From Blepharisma stoltei ATCC 30299 (lineage: Eukaryota; Protista; Ciliophora), in assembly GCA_965603825.1 (NCBI GenBank), contig CBFDEM010000035.1, positions 434,001-498,000 of the forward strand: a stretch of 64,000 bases of DNA, given 5' to 3'. Shown piece after piece: positions 56,601 through 64,000 of the stretch (position 1 is the stretch's first letter; every line of letters starts with the position of its first letter). The translations under genes were made by a program, and so were the position numbers. The notes beneath the pieces were generated by a model. That model saw only the letters and a list, made by a program, of their open reading frames with translations. It made no database searches and had not been told where the DNA came from.

Positions 56601-57859
56601 TTAGCTAAAGCTTCATTATTTAATGTAAAAATGCAATAGTTTACTTCTCATATTACTAGCAGCTTGTTTTTGTGCAGCTTAGTGTTGTTATAGCATTTTC
56701 CCAAAGAGCTAAAAATTTTATCTTTAAATTCTATATTATCTGAACATAAAAATGGTCTTAAGCAATGTTCTGCATAAAATAGTCCTTCTATTCTTTGCAA
56801 ATCTGAAGGAATATCTGGCTTATTGTTTTTAACTCTATGTAACAAAAATTGAACAATAAATACGCAGAGAATAGGCATGACAGTTAAAGTAAACAAAGTT
56901 ATCAAAAAAGCTCTATCAATAATATTTCCGAAAAAAAATATTCCAGCAACGCACATGACTGCACAATATTTCACAGCAATTAGGCAATTCATGAAAATGC
57001 TAAAATAAGATAAGCTTTTCATCGCCTCTATTAATAAAAGTATAGAAGTAACCATCAAAGAAAATTGAAAATATTCTATATTATCTTTTGAAACTATTGA
57101 ATGGAAAATCGAAAAAATAATTTCAAATAATGCACAGTGAATGTCTATTTGTGAGTGTGCCTTTACTTTTAGGTCGAAATTTGCTATAGAATGCCTGATA
57201 TCACTTGTAAAGATAGAATCCGCTAAAAGGATTATGAAGCATAATATCAAGCTCAAAAATATGAATGCTTGGATAAATATACTTACTTCAAAGTCTTTCA
57301 CATAACTATTATCATAATAATCAGCGGCATTTTTCTGGCTTGAAAAATTTAATTTCAAGCAAAAAACAAGTAATGCTATAGATGGAATAGATAAAAAGTT
57401 TGTTAACAAATATAAGCTTTTTTTGCAAAAACTGATCCAAAGTTCTGGAAGTTTTATCGATTTATGAAATAATATAAGAATCGCAATAAAAGCAAAATTG
57501 AATAAAATAGTCGAAATTGAGGCATAAATACAAAAATTTATGACTCCTAAGGCAGAACATGTATTGTCTAGCCTTAAAAAACCGATAAAATGCCATATAC
57601 CCATACTTTTCTTTCAGCCTTCTATAGGAAGGTCAGGCAGCCATAGTAGACTTGAAATCTGAAGTCATCAAATTATAGTGGTAAAAACAGCTTCTATTTT
57701 CTGCTTTAAAAATGATTTTTCCCTAGGTATTTTCTGGTAGTATGCAATTTTGTAAAACTTAAAAAGCAATTTTAAAGGAGAATTCTTCTTCTTCTTTTTT
57801 GTAGTAAAGCTAAGATTTTCAGTTGCTTCTCCGAGATCAGTAAAAGCCAAATTTGACAT
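53651..57859 (-). CDS. TmcB/TmcC-like PAS-domain membrane protein, paralog 11 (~1397 aa)
   Basis: Co-frame fragments. Single intron 55163-55177. Closest to paralog 1. Confidence 0.85.
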
Positions 57860-58665
57860 ATCTCTTATATTTAAAAATTATAAATTTAATATTTGAAGCT
57901 GAATGCAGCTTGGCTAAAATATTAATTGCTATTTTTATCAGTTAATCTATGATAAAAAATAAATAGTAAAATTTTTGAGAGCCTTTAGGAAGGTTTGATA
58001 ATATTTGAGTTTTTATGCAATTGATAATATTTTCTTTGTTTTTATTTGAAAATTCCATTAAAATTGTATTGATAAAATAAATATTAAGCATTTTTTGTTA
58101 AATCATAAAAACAATAAAATTGAAAGCACTGACACAAAGGAGAATATATATCTAAGCAGGATCAATATAATTGGTTCCAGAAAATTTTAAAGAATAAAAT
58201 TATTATTTATATTAATAATATTTAAATGTAGAGTGCCAGAAAGCCTCGAGATTAATCTTTAGGCTTTTTTTATTCATTCTTTTTAAAATTAGGCAAATTT
58301 TAATAAAAAAATTTGAATAAATGCTATAAATCCTCAAAGAATAATAGCATCCATATTTGAATTAGAAGTATATTATATGCTTTGAACACAGAATTGACTC
58401 TATTGAAATAGCATAATTATGTATTAGTCCCAGAGTTGTATTATACAAATTTTCATCAAATGTTAAATTTCATCTAAATATATCGCAGATTCATTTATTT
58501 TTGATAGATTACTTTTTATAATTCACTTAATAATCAATTTTAAAGACTTCTAATTTAGAGTTTAAAAAAATCACTTAATTAAGTCTGAGCTTATTATTTT
58601 TCATATTCTAAACTATAAACTATAAAGCATAAGGAATTAAATTTTATATAAAATTCAAACTGCAA

Positions 58666-61314
58666 ATGACAGATTTTAAGAATCTAATCGACCAAAAAGT
58701 TTCTCAAACATTTTATATAGTCTCCCAGCAATCAAAATACTCCCCTAAAAAATCCTCCTTAAAAAGCCATAGAAAATCCAAAATTCCTCCAAATATCCCA
58801 AAATCTACTCTAACTCCTAAATCTAATCAAGACCAATCTATAATATCTCAATTTTTATCATCTAAAAGAGAAAAATCAAAGCCTAGGCACAGCACATCTA
58901 TGATATCTCAAAGACACGAAGATAACGACCCATACAAAGCTCATAAAAAGTTAGCTTTAGCCCAACATCCATTATTAGTTGAATGCATTAAAGGCTGATG
59001 AAACGTTATGGACCCTCACGGTGAAAATGAAGACCAAAGAGAGTCAGGCACTCGAGGCTTTATCACAAAAGACCAATATGTAGACTTCAATTTACGAGTC
59101 CAAAAAACAATCCAAAATGAATTTTATTATGAAGAAGCCAAAGAAATTGCTGAAGAAGACTGAAACATTGACGCCGAAGAATGGTATCAAATGGAAGCAA
59201 AAGCTGTAAATTTTGACAAATTTTTGGATTTTTTGTGTGAAATTGCTGAAAGCTGGAATGAAATTACTAGCATTGAAGGGGTTTTGGTAAGTATAAATGC
59301 GATTATGCTGAATATTTCTTATGGAGTGCATCTGAATACATCATTATTTAAAGAACTAAATTCAATTGAAAAATTACCTCAGCAGTTTCATGTAGAAATA
59401 GACCAAATTCAGCAGTCAAGTAAGCAGCAAATCAGCTTGGAATTTATCAAATGGTACCAAACTAATTTTTTGGAGCCAGAATCAATAAGAAAAGAAGTGC
59501 AAGGGAGACTCATGAAAATTTTCCCTTATGAAGCTAGAATTAATGATATTTGGATAGAACAAGCTGGCTATAACCAAACAGCAGTTTTATTGCAGTGCAC
59601 TACTAGACTAGAAAGCTTGTTAAACCAAATCAAAAAGCAGCCAGTCCTGCAATTTTTAGAAAAATCAAAGCCATTGCAAAATAAGACTTCGACTTCTTTT
59701 AGAAGCACAAGATATCAGTCTTCCAAAGTGCCAACATTGCCTATTTTAACCCAAAACCCAGAAGAAGAGCCAACTGTGTATTCAAATCGAATTTCTTTTA
59801 CTAGAAAAGTAAATTTATCATTACTTGGCCAATCGATATCAGCAAGACCTCCTGGCACTGGCCATATAAGCCAAGATACAGTCAATCAAGAAACTTATCC
59901 TATGTCAAATTCCCAAAATTCCAAAAGAGAAGTAAATATTTCACTACCTAGCAGACTGCACACAATAGGCAATAACCCAGTTTCAGAAACCCCTGAGCTT
60001 ACACATGTCGGAACGAATTCTCAATTATTTGGAGATACTCCTTTATCTAATAGATCTTCTAAAAGAATCGTTTTTACTCGAAGCCGATCTCTTTTAGAAG
60101 AACAAGCTATAGAAGACTTAGAATTTAAAAAAATCACAAGGAAATTTTCCCTTGACGATTCAGCACTTTTCGAAGACTTTCCTGACCCAGAATACTCACG
60201 AAATATCAATTATAAAAAAAGTGACGTCAAATATCACAAAATCAACAAAAAATGAAGGACAGGCAAATATTTCAGAGAAAATTCTATAACACCAGAAACC
60301 GGGCTTGGAAATGTTAATAAGAAAAGTCCAGATTTGTTTATACAAGAAAAGCGTATGATTGCACAGCAGATAATAAGCAGAAATAATTCTCCTGATAAAG
60401 AATGCCAAGCAGAGGAAAAACACAATATTTCTCAACAGGAAGAAGAAAAATCGCAGGTAATTGAAAAGAAAACATATGAAAGATCAATTAAAGATGAAAC
60501 TGATAGAGAAGTTGGGTTTAAGGTAACTGTAAGAGTTTCACCTTCACAAAAAAGAAATCAATTTTCAGCTCCTGTAAGTGAGCCTATATCAAGACCTAGA
60601 GAGACATATAGAAGCAATGGTGACAACTCAGTGAAAACGGCTCCAATTAATACGGGAAGAATAACAAATAGGACTACTTTAACTGCAAAAGTGATCCCAG
60701 CAGAATATACATTTGAGGATTATGCTCATTTACTTCAGCAGCCAAAAAAACCTGAAAAAATGGTATTTTATGACAATTTAGAATTTTTTTGTGCCTTGAA
60801 TAAAGCCAAACATGAGTTTAATAAAACTTACCAAAGCGAATTTATTAGGAATTATAAGATGAAAAATGATGATTATAGGTCAAGAAGAGACGAATTAGAA
60901 GGGGTTATTACTGATCAAGATTGAAGAGAATTCATTCAAAGATTGGAAAATTTGCTGAATTTGACGAAAAAAAGAAGAAGGATGAGGAGAGCTAGGAGAA
61001 AAAGAAGAGGGATGAACTTAATTCTTCCGAAATTCATAAATGGTACAAAGCAGCCAAATCTTCAAAAAAATCGGCTATGGAAAAGCGTATTTATCAACGC
61101 CAATTCTAAAAATGCAGATATCTCCAAAAACAACAATTATTTATACCATATTCACAATCTCGGCGAAGGTAAATTCACATCTTTGCCGCCTCCTTTACAA
61201 AGAGTTGTGAATGAAACCACCAAAATACCTCGACCTCCTACCTCAGCCCGTCCCAAAAACCTCACTAATAGGAAATTTAGTCCAGCAAGATATAAATCCC
61301 CAGAAAATTTGTAA
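58666..61314 (+). CDS. Uncharacterised ~882-aa protein with an EF-hand-like region and long low-complexity/basic segments
   Basis: ORFs starting at 58666, 59191, 60334 and 60943 share one frame and are separated only by TGA. Segment GFITKDQYVDFNLRVQK...EEAKEIAEEDWNID...VNFDKFLDFLCEIAESW resembles an EF-hand pair. TAA at 61312-61314. Confidence 0.75.
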
Positions 61315-61337
61315 AATTAAAAATAAATATTAAAATC

Positions 61338-63044
61338 ATGGAAACTTGGGAAGAACGTAAAGCAGAAGATGGGCGTCTTTTTTATTTAAATACAAAGGTA
61401 TTTTCTATATAGAGTAATGAAACTAGCTGGATACGCCCTGAGGATAACAAAGATCCCAAAACAAACCCTACAGAATGGGAAGAAAGCATCACCCAAAGTG
61501 GGAAAATTTACTACATAAACCAAAGGACGTCAGAAACGTCATGGGAAATTCCAGCTGAAGTCCAAGAATGGAAAAATAAAGTTTCTGCTTTAAATCTCCA
61601 AGAAAAATTAATTCAGGAAAATTCAGACGCAGAAGAATGTGAAGAAGGACAAATTCCTGACGAGTTTTTAGATAAGGATGGAAATCCTACAAGAAAAGAA
61701 GAAATTAAACAAGCTTATGTACAAATGTTTCAAGAAGCAGGGGTGACTTCTACATGAAAATGGGAAGATTTCCATAGAATAATGAGAGATGATCCACGAT
61801 TTAATATGATGAAAAATATTGCTCCCAAAAAACAAATTTTCCAGGAATATGCACAGATGCTGAAAAGAAAAGACAGAGAAGACGCAAAAAAGAAAAAACA
61901 AGTCGCGAGAGAAAATTTTATGAAAATGCTGGACTCTTCAGGGATTTTGCGCGCTGAATCAAAATATTATAAGACTGCACATTTTTTCCAAGGAGACCCA
62001 AGGTGGAGAATTTTAGAAGAAAAAGAAAGGGAAGAGCTTTTTCAGGACTTTTTAGATGAGCTCGAAAGAAGAGATAGAGAAAAACAAAGGCAGCTGAGAA
62101 AGCAGCAAATGCAAAGTTTGAGGAAATTATTGGATGACAGAGAGGATATCGACCATACCATGAAATGGGGAATCATACAAAGACTGCTTGCTGAGCATCC
62201 TTTATTTAAAGCAATTGACAAGTTAGACCAGCTAACAGTGTTCAGTGAATATGTTTTGGATACTGAAAAGCAGGTAAGTGAAGCTAAAAGACTAGAAGAG
62301 CGCACAAAGGCTAGAAAAAGAAGAGAAGCTTTTAGAGAGCTATTAGAAGATCTAGTGAAAACTGGAGAAATCAATGCTGCTTCTCATTGGCGGCCAATAG
62401 TCCAAAAAATAAAAGATGACCCGCGATATCTCAATTTAGTCGGCCAGCCAGGATCATCCCCTCAAGAACTCTACTCCGACATAATAGAAAGAGAAAAAGA
62501 AAAAATAAAAGACCACAAAGAAGCCTTATCAGACTCCCTCCTTAATTTCCAAATCACCCCTACCACCACTTATGAAGATATTTTAGAGCATTCCAGAGAA
62601 GCCCTCGACTCAATCCCTGACAACCTTCGTGTCATTGTTTTTCGTGTCCTCTATGACGAAGCCATGATTGATTTAAAAGACAAAGAAAGAAAAACCCAAA
62701 AAGAGCTCAACAAATACGACGACTACTTAAAATCCAACGCAAATATCGCCTCAAATTCTACATATACAGAATTCGAAAACGAAATAAAAGAAAAATTCGT
62801 GAATTTATCAGACACCCAGCTCAGAGATATTTTTAATAAATTCGTGGAAAAATTAAAAGATGAAGAAGCAAGCGAAATCGAGCCTGGAGAAATAAAAAAT
62901 AAAAAGAGAGACAGGAAGGAAAAGGACCATAAAAAGCATAAGCATGATGAGAAGCATAAGCACAAGCACAGAAGTTCGAGATCCCCAGTAAAATTCATAT
63001 AGAGTCATAAAAAGCATAAGCATAAACACAAGTATCAAGATTAA
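61338..63044 (+). CDS. PRP40: Pre-mRNA-processing factor 40 (two WW domains plus FF repeats), ~558 aa
   Basis: WW1 WEERKAEDGRLFYLNTK/SNETSWIRP and WW2 WEESITQSGKIYYINQRTSETSWEIP. FF repeats (DPRF, DPRW, DPRY...GSSPQELY). Introns 61398-61412 and 62988-63002. TAA at 63042-63044. Confidence 0.92.
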
Positions 63045-63053
63045 CTGTAGTTT

Positions 63054-63734
63054 TTATCTAAGATCTACTATGGAGCCTAATTCTTTAAGTTTTTGCACCA
63101 GCTCATTAGCTTGCTCAGTTGGGAGCTGCTTTCCTATCAGCAGAGGCTCATTTACGATAGCTTCGACTTTGTCTTTAGCGTCTTTAAGGCCAATATTTAG
63201 GATATTTTTGACTTCTCTTATAAGCTTAAGCTTTCCATCTGGGCTAAAACCTCTTACAATGACATCAAAATTGGTTTTTTCCTTTTCCACAGGCTTTTCT
63301 TCTTTCTGCTCTTTTGGGGCTTCACTAGCTGCAGCGCTCATTTGGAATTCTCCTGAAATGACTTTTTCTAAAAATCCGCCTTGGAAATTTATGTTTACTT
63401 TGATATTTTTCAGGATTTCGAAATTGTCTGGGGTAAGCTCTGGCCAATCTTTGGCTTTTTGGATTTTTGGAGTAAAATCGTTATAGAGAGCAGGGTCTAC
63501 ACCTACTGTTTCTTGGTATTTGTCACGGAAAAGCTGGTAGAGGATTTGCTGCTCTTCTTCAGACATTTCATTGATCACTTCTGTAAGAAGATTGACTTTA
63601 TTGAGCTGAAATGGAGATAAAGACGCAAGAGCTGCCTTGTATTGTCTAAGTGAAAGTTACTGTTCTTTTGTGGCCTTTAGAATCTGAAGCTGCTCAGATT
63701 TAGATAGGAACCTCTTGATGCAATTTCTAAACAT
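63054..63734 (-). CDS. MRPL12: Mitochondrial ribosomal protein L7/L12 (bL12m), ~221 aa
   Basis: C-terminal domain EKTNFDVIV...KLKLIREVKNILNIGLKDAKDKVE...ANELVQKLKELGSIVDL. The N-terminus MFRNCIKRFLS resembles a mitochondrial presequence. Intron 63646-63660 GTAACTTTCACTTAG. Confidence 0.9.
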
Positions 63735-64000
63735 ATAAATAGATTATTAAAAATGGAAAATTTATTTAATAAATTAATTGAGAGTAATTCTTGAAATATC
63801 ATCATTTAATAGATATTTTCTTTTCAATAGATATTAAATCACAAATGTTTGGCCAATTAGTAAAATTTTTATGCTCAATTTAATTCAAAAATGATATTAA
63901 AGCTGATTTATCATTATTGAAATCTGTCACTGAGCTTAATTCTCAGCTCATGATAAGAATTTTCCAAGAAATTATACTTGAAATATTTTTTATAAAAATT

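Noticed and set aside
3572-57859. Dozens of small separate ORFs, or a mass-pseudogenised cluster
   Set aside because: Fragments share frames and break only at TGA (=Trp) or at 15-nt introns; they assemble into 11 long genes.
58996-59001. Selenocysteine decoding of in-frame TGA
   Set aside because: TGAs are very numerous and align with Trp rather than Cys in paralogs.
9645-63620. Antisense and off-frame ORFs (e.g. 9645-9974, 27121-27423, 43653-43904, 62042-62374, 63070-63486)
   Set aside because: Shadows of real CDSs with no recognisable motifs; their recurrence simply follows the paralogy.
1-64000. Mycoplasma or mitochondrial origin suggested by UGA=Trp
   Set aside because: Spliceosomal GT-AG introns, PRP40 and a presequence-bearing L12 indicate a nuclear genome.

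Overview
AT-rich eukaryotic DNA, most likely from a heterotrich ciliate of the Blepharisma type. TGA is read as Trp, TAA/TAG are stops, and all 25 introns I could identify are exactly 15 nt, so the supplied ORF track breaks real genes into fragments. About 54 kb (3572-57859) is a head-to-tail minus-strand array of 11 paralogous ~4.1-4.2 kb genes. They encode ~1360-1400 aa multipass membrane proteins with PAS domains (TmcB/TmcC-like). One copy carries a 1-nt frameshift, and two heavily deleted pseudogene relics lie in spacers. Left of the array are the 3' end of a Cys-rich protein gene and a ~1.8 kb non-coding foldback element (~1249-3049) with terminal inverted repeats and mirror-symmetric internal ~155-bp tandem repeats. 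Right of the array are an EF-hand-like uncharacterised gene, PRP40 and mitochondrial ribosomal protein L7/L12, with spacers of only 23 and 9 nt. All calls were made by eye; no searches were run.
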